A DNA stretch of 64,000 bases from an uncultured Alphaproteobacteria bacterium (lineage in GTDB: Bacteria > Pseudomonadota > Alphaproteobacteria > RF32 > CAG-239): the NCBI GenBank assembly GCA_944393725.1, contig CALYBC010000025.1, positions 1,232 through 65,231 on the forward strand, read 5' to 3'. A model generated the notes under the pieces. It did not search any database. It was not told the origin of the DNA and saw nothing but the letters and a program-made list of their open reading frames with translations. Shown in pieces: positions 1 through 9,213 of this stretch (the stretch's first letter is position 1; every line of letters begins with the position of its first letter). The position numbers and the translations under genes were made by a program.

Positions 1-924
1 ATATTTTTCCACATAATCCACCCAAGCCGGACAGCAAGAAGTAAACATCGGCAAGTTATCTTTCTCACTAAATCTTCTGACAAACTCGGTTGCCTCTTCA
101 ATAATCGTCAAATCAGCACCAAAGTTGGTATCAAAAATTTTATTAAAGCCGATTCTCCGCAATGCCGCATAGATTTTACCGGTTAAATTTTCACCGAAAT
201 CATAGCCGAATTCTTCACCCAAGGCCACTCTTACCGCCGGAGCAATTTGCACCACGGTAAACAAATCTTTATCTTTGAGCATATCCCAAACTTTTTGGGT
301 ATCGTCATATTCAACAATTGCACCGGTCGGACAGTGAGCCGCACACTGACCGCATTTAATACAAGGTGTATTGGCCAAATCAGTATCGTTAGCGCCGGTA
401 ATTTTGGTTGCCAGCCCCCTATTTTGATAGCTCAAAGCCCACACATTTTGTTGATTTTGGCAAATATCAACACAGCGACCGCAAACAATACATTTTGCCG
501 GTTCCAAGACTATTGCCTGAGTCGATTCGTCTTTTTCCGATGGAGCCAAAATTTTCCTAATCTCATCACGATCAACCCCCATTTGCATAGCCATTTCTTG
601 CAATTCGCACTGTCCGCTTCTGGCACATTTCAAGCAATCATTGGGGTGATTACTCAAGATCAATTCCAACACGGTCTTTCTGGTTTCTTGCAACTCGGCA
701 TCATTGGTCACAACCTCCATTCCTTCTGCCACCGGAGTACTGCAAGAGCGTAAGATTCTGCCGCCGACTTTTACAATACACATCCCACATCCGGCAGAAG
801 GATCCACATCGGGGTGCTTACACAAAGTCGGAATATCGATTTGCACTTTTCTGGCCGCATCCAAGATACTGGTGCCGCTTTCAACTTCTACATCAAAACT
901 ATCAATTTTAAGCTTTACCATCAT
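1..924 (-). CDS. hydA: [FeFe]-hydrogenase catalytic subunit HydA (group A, trimeric type), runs off the window edge
   Basis: Not in ORF track. Manual minus-strand translation from ATG 924: MMVKLKIDSFDVEVESGTSILDAARKVQIDIPTLC..GCGMC..SC (2Fe-2S), HPNDCLKC..C, CIVCGRC, CIKCGQCAAHCP, H-cluster motif FTSCCPAW. ATG overlaps the hydB stop. Confidence 0.95.
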   Translation of the reverse strand, partial: MMVKLKIDSFDVEVESGTSILDAARKVQIDIPTLCKHPDVDPSAGCGMCIVKVGGRILRSCSTPVAEGMEVVTNDAELQETRKTVLELILSNHPNDCLKCARSGQCELQEMAMQMGVDRDEIRKILAPSEKDESTQAIVLEPAKCIVCGRCVDICQNQQNVWALSYQNRGLATKITGANDTDLANTPCIKCGQCAAHCPTGAIVEYDDTQKVWDMLKDKDLFTVVQIAPAVRVALGEEFGYDFGENLTGKIYAALRRIGFNKIFDTNFGADLTIIEEATEFVRRFSEKDNLPMFTSCCPAWVDYVEKY

Positions 925-2609
925 TAGTTCTCCCCTGCAGCCTTTTTGTTATCCACCAACTTGTTTTGATACTCATCCTCATAAAATTTGAGCGTTGACA
1001 ATACCGGATTCGGAGCGGTCTGGCCCAAGCCGCATAATGAGGCTTTTTGCATGGCCGCCGCAATTTTTCTTAATTGAGCCAAATCTTTTTTGGTTCCTTT
1101 TCCTTTATTAATTTTATCAAGCAAGCTCAACATTTGCTTACCGCCGATTCTGCACGGAGCACATTTTCCGCAAGACTCATCAACCGTAAAATCAAGATAG
1201 AACTTAGCAATCGAGACCATATCAGAAGTATCATCCATTACGATCATACCGCCAGAACCCATGATAGAACCGACTTTTTTAAGTTCTTCATAGCACACCG
1301 GCATGTTCATATATTCTTTAGGAATAACACCGCCTGACGGTCCACCGGTCTGCACGGCCTTAAGCTTTTTACCGTTTGGAACACCGCCGCCGATTTCATT
1401 AACAATTTCGTTTATAGTAGTTCCCATCGGTACTTCAATCAAGCCTGAATGCTCAACCTGACCGGTTAAAGCAAATACTTTTGTACCCTTAGAAGTTTCG
1501 GTACCAAACGAGGCAAACCAATCGGCCCCTTTAAGCAAAATCTTTGCCACATTAGCCAAAGTCTCAACATTATTAACGCAAGATGGCTTACCCCACAAAC
1601 CTTTATTGGTAGGATAAGGAGGACGCGGACGCGGTGTACCTCTGGCTCCTTCGATTGAATGGATCAAAGCGGTTTCTTCACCACAAACGAAAGCACCTGC
1701 ACCAAGCCTGATATCGACATTAAAGCAGAAATCAGTTCCCATAATATTGTTACCGAGCAGGCGATTCTTTTTGCACGCCTTAATAGCTTTTTCCAATCTT
1801 TCCACCGCTAAAGGATATTCTGCTCTGACATAGAACCAACCTTCTGTTGCTCCGATTGCATAGGCTGCAATCATCATACCTTCGATTACGGCATGAGGAT
1901 CTCCCTCCAATATTGATCTATCCATATAAGCTCCGGGATCACCTTCATCACCGTTGCAAATAATAAATTTTTCATCAACCGTCGGCACTTTGGCGGCCAA
2001 TTCCCACTTCATACCGGTAGAAAATCCACCACCGCCGCGGCCGCGCAATCCCGACTTTTTAATTTCGGCCACCACCTGTTCAGGTGTCATGGTTTTCAAG
2101 GCTTTTTCCAAAGCTAAATAACCGCCTCTGGCAATATATTCTTGAATATCTTCAGGATCCATATGTCCGGTATTTTGCAACACCACCTTCTCTTGTCTGG
2201 TAAAGAACGGTAAATCAAGAGACAAAATATGCTCTTGCAACTTTTCCGGCACGGCAAAATCACCCTGAGTATTTATTGCCGGCCATACATACTCATTCAT
2301 AATAGCGACCACGGCTTCACTGTCCAATCGTTTGAACAATACATCTTTTTTACCCTTAATCTCCACTCTGATTAACGGCCCTTGAGCACACAGTCCCATA
2401 CAGCCTGTCGCCACGATTCTAATTTTGTCTTCTGCCTCTTTTTCGGCAATAAAATTTTTCATCAAATCGATTAAGTCATCGCTTCCGGAAGACTTACAAC
2501 CGGTAGAATGGCAGCAATAAATCGAGCACACAAATCTTTCAATTTCGGCTAACTTGTTTTTAGCCATTTCGTGAATATCAAATCTTTTATCCAAATCTAT
2601 ATCGGCCAT
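924..2609 (-). CDS. hydB: NuoF-like FMN/NADH-binding hydrogenase subunit HydB, lacking the C-terminal ferredoxin domain
   Basis: GLRGRGGGGF, CNGDEGDPGAYMDR, GAGAFVCGEETAL, ESCGKCAPCR..CGLG; N-terminal thioredoxin-like 2Fe-2S Cys. Start at 2609 (MADID) has an AAGGAG RBS. Confidence 0.93.
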   Translation of the reverse strand: MADIDLDKRFDIHEMAKNKLAEIERFVCSIYCCHSTGCKSSGSDDLIDLMKNFIAEKEAEDKIRIVATGCMGLCAQGPLIRVEIKGKKDVLFKRLDSEAVVAIMNEYVWPAINTQGDFAVPEKLQEHILSLDLPFFTRQEKVVLQNTGHMDPEDIQEYIARGGYLALEKALKTMTPEQVVAEIKKSGLRGRGGGGFSTGMKWELAAKVPTVDEKFIICNGDEGDPGAYMDRSILEGDPHAVIEGMMIAAYAIGATEGWFYVRAEYPLAVERLEKAIKACKKNRLLGNNIMGTDFCFNVDIRLGAGAFVCGEETALIHSIEGARGTPRPRPPYPTNKGLWGKPSCVNNVETLANVAKILLKGADWFASFGTETSKGTKVFALTGQVEHSGLIEVPMGTTINEIVNEIGGGVPNGKKLKAVQTGGPSGGVIPKEYMNMPVCYEELKKVGSIMGSGGMIVMDDTSDMVSIAKFYLDFTVDESCGKCAPCRIGGKQMLSLLDKINKGKGTKKDLAQLRKIAAAMQKASLCGLGQTAPNPVLSTLKFYEDEYQNKLVDNKKAAGEN

Positions 2610-2610
2610 T

Positions 2611-3084
2611 TTAGTTCTCCTTAAAAGCTTGACGCCATTCATCCAAAATTTGCGGCACCACTTCCGGCGTCATTCTTCCATAAGTCTTCCCGTTTACCAC
2701 GCACACCGGAGCCAAACCGCAACATCCGACGCATCGCACGCTCTGCAAGTGGAACATTTTATCGGGAGTACTTTCACCCTCGTTAATACCCAACTCGGCC
2801 TTAAACTTCTCCAAGACCTTATCATTTCCCTTCAAATAACAAGCTGTTCCCGTGCAAACCGAAATGACAGCCTTTCCCGGAGCCTCCAATTTAAAAAAGT
2901 TATAAAAAGTCAAAACCTCGTATATTCTTGCTAAAGGAATTCCCATACCCAAAGATACATCCACGGCATCTTGCCAGTCTACATACCCCTTAACATCTTG
3001 AATTTCATGCAAAGCCATAATCAAAGAGCCGCGCTTTTTTCGCCACTTATTGGCGATTTGTGCGGCTTGCGAAGTTTCAACCAT
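2611..3084 (-). CDS. hydC: NuoE-like 2Fe-2S hydrogenase subunit HydC
   Basis: CTGTAC...CVGCCGLAP motif; first gene of the hydCBA operon; GGAG RBS. Confidence 0.93.
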   Translation of the reverse strand: MVETSQAAQIANKWRKKRGSLIMALHEIQDVKGYVDWQDAVDVSLGMGIPLARIYEVLTFYNFFKLEAPGKAVISVCTGTACYLKGNDKVLEKFKAELGINEGESTPDKMFHLQSVRCVGCCGLAPVCVVNGKTYGRMTPEVVPQILDEWRQAFKEN

Positions 3085-3250
3085 CTGCGTCTCCTGAAAA
3101 GATTAATCAACTGTCGAGAATCATAGCGGTAAAAAAAATCAACTTCAAGTACAAATTTAGTTACTAAAAACATTTTGACAATTCACAAAAAATCGACCAT
3201 CTTGCATAAAGCAGTTTAAATATAAAATATAATGGTTATAATCGGCAGTT

Positions 3251-4387
3251 ATGAAAAGACTAAACATATACATCACCAAACAAATTATTATCGGCTTTTT
3301 GCTGATAAGTTTTTCATTAATGTCGATTATCTGGCTGTCGCAATCCCTAAGATTTTTGGATATGATTGCCTCTAAAGGCATTACCATCGGTATATTTGTT
3401 GAACTCACCACTTTATTAATGCCTCGTATTTTTACCATCCTTGCTCCAATTTCGCTGTTTGCGGCAGTTTTATTTGTATATAATAGAATGTTGTCAGATC
3501 AAGAACTTATCGTCATGAAATCATCTGGCATAAGTCCCTGGCAACTATCCAAACCGGCAATTTTTTGCGGCTTTATATTGGTCATCCTAAACATTTATGT
3601 TATGAACATTGGAATACCGAAAGCTGAGAACGCCTTTAACGATTTGGAATGGAAAATAAAGAACAATGTTTCGCACTTAATGTTTCGCGAAGGTGAATTT
3701 ACGACCATCCAGCCGGAGCTTACGGTATTTGTCACCAGTCATGACAAAGACGGCAGTGTTGGTGGAATTTTGATAAACGACGAACGCAATCCCCGCTTAA
3801 AATCGACCACCACTGCCGAAAAAGGCGTTATTATACAAACTTCCAAAGGTCCTCGCATAGTTTTGGTAAATGGCAACCGTCAAGAAATTAACAAAAAAAG
3901 CGGCAGTTTCTATTCGGTTAATTTTGAAAAATATTCGGTTGATTTTGGCCTAAAAGAAACCAAGGCTCGTCGCAAAAACAGTGTTCGTGTTCAATCATTC
4001 AAAGAGCTCATTACCTCAGTAAAAAATAATCAAATACCCGTCGAAGAACGACGCAAAATGTTTGTCGAAGGCAACAAAAGAATAACCACACCGCTGTTAG
4101 CAATAGTCTACGCTCTTATAGCCTGCACCGGACTTTTGGTAAGCAACTTTAACCGCCGCGGTCAGAGTAAAGTTGTTTGTCTGTCTTTAACTGCGGTAAT
4201 TTTAATCCAAGCCATTGATTTAACTTCGGGTAATTTAGCCGCCAAAAATTTGTGGTGGCTGATTCTGATGTATACTAACATTTTGTTACCCTTGTTTGCT
4301 TGTCTGGTTCTTTTGGTTTTTCCACAAATTTTGCACCGCCGGCGTCGGCAAAAAAATCCCTATACAAAAGGAGCCGCCGATGTCTAA
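3251..4387 (+). CDS. lptF: LPS export ABC permease, LptF/LptG family (LptF-like)
   Basis: YITKQII N-terminus, DQELIVMKSSGIS motif, 6 TM; upstream of lptD. Confidence 0.85.
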   Translation: MKRLNIYITKQIIIGFLLISFSLMSIIWLSQSLRFLDMIASKGITIGIFVELTTLLMPRIFTILAPISLFAAVLFVYNRMLSDQELIVMKSSGISPWQLSKPAIFCGFILVILNIYVMNIGIPKAENAFNDLEWKIKNNVSHLMFREGEFTTIQPELTVFVTSHDKDGSVGGILINDERNPRLKSTTTAEKGVIIQTSKGPRIVLVNGNRQEINKKSGSFYSVNFEKYSVDFGLKETKARRKNSVRVQSFKELITSVKNNQIPVEERRKMFVEGNKRITTPLLAIVYALIACTGLLVSNFNRRGQSKVVCLSLTAVILIQAIDLTSGNLAAKNLWWLILMYTNILLPLFACLVLLVFPQILHRRRRQKNPYTKGAADV

Positions 4388-6635
4388 ACACACCTTACTG
4401 CTACTGTCCGGAATATGTTTACTGCCGCTGGTATCTTTAGCCTCTGATGACAGTCTGGTGCTGTTAAACACCAAAAAGACCATTGAAGCAACGCGTCCTA
4501 AACCTAACAGTCATGTTGACCCCAAGCATAACATGACCGACATAATAAACACCCGGACAAAAGAGCCGACCGACATATATTTTAGTGCCGACGAGATGGA
4601 GAACGATGCCGAAAACGGTATTATCACCGCCAAAGGTGCTGTTGAAATAATAAGAGAAAACATCACGCTTAGAGCCGATAAAGTAGTTTATGACCAAAAA
4701 AGCGACAAAATCAACGCCGAAGGTAATGTTGTACTTCTTGATGACACCGGCAATGTAATGTTCGCCGACAAAATAGATTTGAGCGAACGCATGCAAAATG
4801 CCGATGTTGCAAACATTAAGGTGGTATTGTCTGACAAGACCCGCATGGCCGCCAACTCATTTCATAAAAAGATCAATGATAAAAAGGTGTTAAGGCAAGC
4901 CATCTACACCCCCTGCGATAATTGCAAAGGCGAATCCCCGCTTTGGCAACTCAAGGCCGATAAAGTCATACACAATCCCCAAGATCAAAACATTGAGTAC
5001 CAAAATGCCTTTTTGGAAGTCAAAGGAGTACCGGTTCTGTACTCACCCTATTTTTCGCATCCCGACCCGACGGTAAAACATCGTTCTGGTTTTCTTTTTC
5101 CGCGGATTCTTAGCAGCAGTTATCTTGGTGCAGCCATCCAGCCACAATATTTTTGGGATATATCACCGCAAGAAAACTTCACCTTTAATCCGATTCTGTC
5201 ATCTGATAAAGGCTTAGTCTATTCTGGTATTTTCAACAAATATTTCTATCGCGGCGAACTAAACGCTTCCGGCACTTTTCTCCGCGATGAAGACAGCGAC
5301 AAAAATCGCGGTAACTTATTCTTATACGGTCGTTACGAAATCAATGATTATTGGGTAGCAGACACCGATATTAATTATGCCTCCGATCACAATTATCTAA
5401 AGGATTTGTCCTTACCTAAGCAAGATGATTCTTGGCTCACCTCAAGGATACGATTACAAGCCTTTGACAATCGTAATTATGCAGCCATTGAGGGCTATTA
5501 TTATGATATGCTGAGCTATAATCTACAAAACCGTGATACTCCGTATGTTATTCCGTTAATGACCTACGAAAACATATCATCTCCTGACCAATACGGAGCC
5601 TATTTTAAAAATACATTCAACACCGCTTCGGTTTACCACGATGACGAAGACACCTCTTCGCAAAGGGCAACCATGATAAACTCTTGGAATTTACCCTACA
5701 CCAGTCCCTACGGAGAAAAATATCGCTTAGTCGCTTCGGTAAAATCTGACCTCTACTACATTAATAAATACCTAAATGACGAAGGAGAAGAATTTAGCGG
5801 AGCAACAGGACGAATTTTTCCGCAATTAGGATTAGAATGGCGTTTACCCTTCGTAAAAAACACTCCGGCCACATCACAAATACTTGAGCCGATAATTGTA
5901 GCCGCCATATCGCCAAACCAAGACAATGATCCGGAAAAAATTCCCAATACCGATAGCCGAGATATAGAAATAACTGATGTCAATATATTTGACCTTGATC
6001 GCTACTCCGGATACGACCGCAACGACACCGGCAGTAGAGTAAGTTATGGATTAAATTGGAGTTTTTATGGTAAAAAATGGGGGCGTTCATCATTATTGCT
6101 GGCTCAAACCTACGAATTTGACAAAGATAATGATCTCTTCAACACCTCAGACGAAAACAGCCATTTTTCTGACTATGTAGGCCGTCTATATGCCGCTCCC
6201 AACGAATATTTTGATATCAACTATCGTTTTAAGTTAGATAAAGATAATTTTGACATTAATTACAGCGAATTAAGTTCTTCACTCGGTACCGACATTTTAA
6301 GATTATATGTTTCCTACATTTTATTTCCGGAACAAGACTATTATGAGGAACTAAAAGAACTCTACCCCGATTATTTTGACAGCCGCCGTGAAGAGATATA
6401 CTTATCTCTCAGTTCAAAAATAACCCGCAACTGGTCTGTAGATATCTTCAGCAGACAAGATCTGGTCAATAATGAAACTATTTCCAACGGCGGCGGTTTT
6501 GCATATGAGGATGAATGCTCAAGATTTGCATTTCACATAGAAAAAGAATATTCCGACGACCCCGATAACGAAAATGATTTCAACCTATATGTATCATTTT
6601 ACCTCAAGACCCTCGGTGGAGTTGGCACCAATTAG
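4380..6635 (+). CDS. lptD: LPS assembly outer-membrane protein LptD
   Basis: OstA-like N-domain (FSADEM, LRADKVVYD), YTPCDNC..PLWQLKA, HPDPTVKHRSGFLFP, C-terminal YEDEC; start re-assigned to ATG 4380 (AAGGAG RBS, signal peptide). Confidence 0.93.
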   Translation: MSKHTLLLLSGICLLPLVSLASDDSLVLLNTKKTIEATRPKPNSHVDPKHNMTDIINTRTKEPTDIYFSADEMENDAENGIITAKGAVEIIRENITLRADKVVYDQKSDKINAEGNVVLLDDTGNVMFADKIDLSERMQNADVANIKVVLSDKTRMAANSFHKKINDKKVLRQAIYTPCDNCKGESPLWQLKADKVIHNPQDQNIEYQNAFLEVKGVPVLYSPYFSHPDPTVKHRSGFLFPRILSSSYLGAAIQPQYFWDISPQENFTFNPILSSDKGLVYSGIFNKYFYRGELNASGTFLRDEDSDKNRGNLFLYGRYEINDYWVADTDINYASDHNYLKDLSLPKQDDSWLTSRIRLQAFDNRNYAAIEGYYYDMLSYNLQNRDTPYVIPLMTYENISSPDQYGAYFKNTFNTASVYHDDEDTSSQRATMINSWNLPYTSPYGEKYRLVASVKSDLYYINKYLNDEGEEFSGATGRIFPQLGLEWRLPFVKNTPATSQILEPIIVAAISPNQDNDPEKIPNTDSRDIEITDVNIFDLDRYSGYDRNDTGSRVSYGLNWSFYGKKWGRSSLLLAQTYEFDKDNDLFNTSDENSHFSDYVGRLYAAPNEYFDINYRFKLDKDNFDINYSELSSSLGTDILRLYVSYILFPEQDYYEELKELYPDYFDSRREEIYLSLSSKITRNWSVDIFSRQDLVNNETISNGGGFAYEDECSRFAFHIEKEYSDDPDNENDFNLYVSFYLKTLGGVGTN

Positions 6636-6653
6636 CACATAAGGAGTAACAAT

Positions 6654-7553
6654 ATGTTAAAAAAGCTTTTAGTGATTTTATTGATTTTAGCTGGTATTTC
6701 AACAGCAAATGCTGCCGCCTTCAAGATCGCGGCACTTGTCAACGGAGATATAATCTCAAACGAAGATTTGTCTGACCAAAGGGCAATATTTATGCTCAAT
6801 TCTCCAATTCCGTACAATGAACAGACCAAAAATATGATTAATGAACGAGTTCTTGCACAAACCATTGAACAAAAAATCAAATCACAAGCCATTGCCAAAG
6901 CCGGCATTTCCGTAAGTGACGAAGAAGTAAACAATCAGCTAAAAATATGGGCACAAAAAAACAAACTCAATATTTCATCCTTAGAGAAAAAGATCAATAA
7001 AACAGCTTTGGCAGAGAACATCCGCACCGAAATTGGCTGGATAAAATTGATTCGCCGCCAATTTTATCAAACCTCCGGGCTGACACAAAAAGAAATTGAC
7101 GAAACCATCAAAGAAGTAACCCAAGATATGAGTATAAAAAAATATTTGGTTTCGGAAATATTTATCAAAAAAGAAAATGCCAAGGACATTGACGGATTGG
7201 TAGCCAAATTGCGTGAGGATCCGCGTTTTGAATTATATGCGGCGCACTTTTCGGAAGCACCATCGGCAGCCAACGGAGGTAATTTAGGTTGGATAAACTC
7301 CGGTAAGATGCTTTCATCTCTTGAAATGCGTTTATCAAAGATGAAACCAGGAGAAGTAAGTGACGCTATTTTAATTGGCAACGGCTACTACATTGTCAAG
7401 TTGCAACAAGTTTTTGATCCTAAGCAAAACCCCAATTTCACACCTGACCAAAAAGAAATCAAGACCTTGCTTGAGAACCAAAAGATGGAAGCAATATCCA
7501 AGAAGCAATTGCAAGATATCAAGCAAACTGCCATTATAGAAATAAAAAAATAA
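6654..7553 (+). CDS. surA: SurA-like periplasmic PPIase chaperone
   Basis: Signal peptide, IAALVNGDII, rotamase motif FSEAPSAANGGNLGW; position after lptD. Confidence 0.85.
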   Translation: MLKKLLVILLILAGISTANAAAFKIAALVNGDIISNEDLSDQRAIFMLNSPIPYNEQTKNMINERVLAQTIEQKIKSQAIAKAGISVSDEEVNNQLKIWAQKNKLNISSLEKKINKTALAENIRTEIGWIKLIRRQFYQTSGLTQKEIDETIKEVTQDMSIKKYLVSEIFIKKENAKDIDGLVAKLREDPRFELYAAHFSEAPSAANGGNLGWINSGKMLSSLEMRLSKMKPGEVSDAILIGNGYYIVKLQQVFDPKQNPNFTPDQKEIKTLLENQKMEAISKKQLQDIKQTAIIEIKK

Positions 7554-7568
7554 TTTAAGGCTTGGGCT

Positions 7569-8423
7569 ATGGATATAAAAACGGCACTTTCGGCATTACC
7601 GTCACTGCGCACCACAGTTGAAAGTTATGGGCTTTTAGCCAAGAAATCTCTGGGGCAAAACTTTTTGCTTAACCCCAACATTACCGATAAAATAATATCT
7701 TTATCCCTAAAACAGCAAGGCCTAAAAGATTTTTTCCAAGCACATGCTTTTGAAGTCGGTCCCGGCCCCGGAGGTCTGACGCGTTCAATTTTAAGTGCCT
7801 GTCCGCAAAAAATGACGGTTATAGAGCTTGATGAACGTTGCATAAAAATAATGCAAGACATTCAAAACAAACTCGGTGATATGTTTGAAATTGTCAACGC
7901 TGATGCTCTGCAGTATGATTTCACATTTGAAGAAGACATAAAAAAGCACATAATTTCAAACCTTCCATACAACATATCAGTTCCTTTGCTAACCAAATGG
8001 CTTTATGATATTAACAAATACCAATCTTTGACGCTAATGTTCCAAAAAGAGGTAGCCGAAAGAATTATTGCCCCCATAAAGACCAAAGACTATGGCAGAT
8101 TATCCATTCTTGCGCAGTTGCAAAGCAAAATAACCCGACTTTACGACCTCAATCCGGAGTGTTTTACTCCGGCTCCGAAAGTATGGTCTACGGTGCTGCT
8201 TTTTGAACCTCAAGAAAGCACTTTGAGCCGAGAAGAAATATCGGCACTTGAAAAAATCACATCGCAAGCTTTTTCCATGAGACGCAAGATGATTCGTCAA
8301 AGCCTAAAAGGATATGGCAATTTAGATGACATCTGCAACAAAATCGGCATCTCGACACAAATGCGTCCCGAAGAAATAACCCCGACACAATTTCTTGCTC
8401 TAAGTAAAGAGCTCTGCCGTTAA
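7569..8423 (+). CDS. rsmA: 16S rRNA m6(2)A dimethyltransferase
   Basis: KKSLGQNFL, EVGPGPGGLT, SNLPYNIS, MFQKEVAERI. Confidence 0.96.
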   Translation: MDIKTALSALPSLRTTVESYGLLAKKSLGQNFLLNPNITDKIISLSLKQQGLKDFFQAHAFEVGPGPGGLTRSILSACPQKMTVIELDERCIKIMQDIQNKLGDMFEIVNADALQYDFTFEEDIKKHIISNLPYNISVPLLTKWLYDINKYQSLTLMFQKEVAERIIAPIKTKDYGRLSILAQLQSKITRLYDLNPECFTPAPKVWSTVLLFEPQESTLSREEISALEKITSQAFSMRRKMIRQSLKGYGNLDDICNKIGISTQMRPEEITPTQFLALSKELCR

Positions 8424-8455
8424 AATCAAAATACAAGTATGATAAATATACCCAA

Positions 8456-8590
8456 GCCTTAAGCTTAATAAGTTAGCTTTAAGGCAAGATTATTCGCCGC
8501 CGCCAAGGCGTTACAAATCAAGTGACATTAGCGAGTTGGCGAAATATTGAGCCCTACTAGCCGGACAGGGATGCAATCCCTTCACCCGCA
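8456..8590. repeat. Structured intergenic element ending in an inverted copy of the tRNA-Gly 3' end
   Basis: Hairpins 8456-8485 and ~8491-8547; AATCCCTTCACCCGC (8575-8589) is the exact reverse complement of 8629-8643 inside tRNA-Gly. Confidence 0.75.
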
Positions 8591-8591
8591 T

Positions 8592-8617
8592 AAAAAAACC
8601 TCCCATCGTCTGGGAGG
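8592..8617 (-). terminator. Intrinsic terminator after tRNA-Gly
   Basis: CCTCCC/GGGAGG stem followed by a T7 tract on the minus strand. Confidence 0.75.
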
Positions 8618-8624
8618 CAAGAAC

Positions 8625-8699
8625 TGGAGCGGGTGAAGGGATTCGAACCCTCGACATCAACCTTGGCAAGGTTGCGCTCTACCCCTGAGCTACGCCCGC
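8625..8699 (-). tRNA. tRNA-Gly(GCC)
   Basis: GCGGGCGTAGCTCAGGGGTAGAGCGCAACCTTGCCAAGGTTGATGTCGAGGGTTCGAATCCCTTCACCCGCTCCA; cloverleaf, CCA encoded, C6-A67 mismatch. Confidence 0.96.
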
Positions 8700-8757
8700 G
8701 TTGTGAAAATAGTTAATATCACACTTTTTTTAATTTGCAAGCACTTTTTTCAATATT

Positions 8758-9213
8758 TTAAATTTCTGTCAGCAAATTCCAATCTTCATCCTGAAAAATC
8801 ATAGTATTTGAAGAAAAAGCCCATACCAAAATCAAAACTGACAAACCTCGCAATAACCATATTATTCTGCGGTTACCACCAAAAAATATTCCATCAGCAC
8901 TTTTATTAACAAACAACAATTCCAGCATCGCCCAGATTGAAGTAAAAATAAGCGGAATATATAACATATAAAAAGACAACACGCTCAAAAACATCTGTAT
9001 ACACGCTCTCTTCCAATATTTGGCATAAAAATTATGAATACCTATTGCCCCGAAGAAAAAAGCCAAGATAATATAGATAATACCATTTCTTGTTGCTTTG
9101 CCATCACCTTTTTGCAACAATTTGCCGGCCAACCTGCGTTTCTGCATTTCAAATTCAGCCTCGGAAATGATTTTTTTATCTTTTAACTGTTGCAACTCAT
9201 CAGCACTAACCAT
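8758..9213 (-). CDS. TM2-domain membrane protein with N-terminal SHOCT-like segment
   Basis: LQQLKDKKIISEAEFEMQKRRL (SHOCT-like); YIILAFFFGAIGIHNFY (TM2); TAATG-coupled to upstream tolC-like gene. Confidence 0.75.
   Translation of the reverse strand: MVSADELQQLKDKKIISEAEFEMQKRRLAGKLLQKGDGKATRNGIIYIILAFFFGAIGIHNFYAKYWKRACIQMFLSVLSFYMLYIPLIFTSIWAMLELLFVNKSADGIFFGGNRRIIWLLRGLSVLILVWAFSSNTMIFQDEDWNLLTEI

Noticed and set aside
247-991. Plus-strand ORFs 247-753 and 704-991
   Set aside because: Antisense shadows of hydA, which is missing from the ORF track only because it runs off the window.
3160-3190. Rex-like operator upstream of hydC
   Set aside because: Only the TTCACAA half-site is present.
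4296-4379. Upstream extension of lptD (and similar extensions of hydB, tolC, AKR, autotransporter 1, parB, yacG)
   Set aside because: Downstream ATGs have RBS and signal peptides or family-typical N-termini; extensions overlap neighbouring genes.
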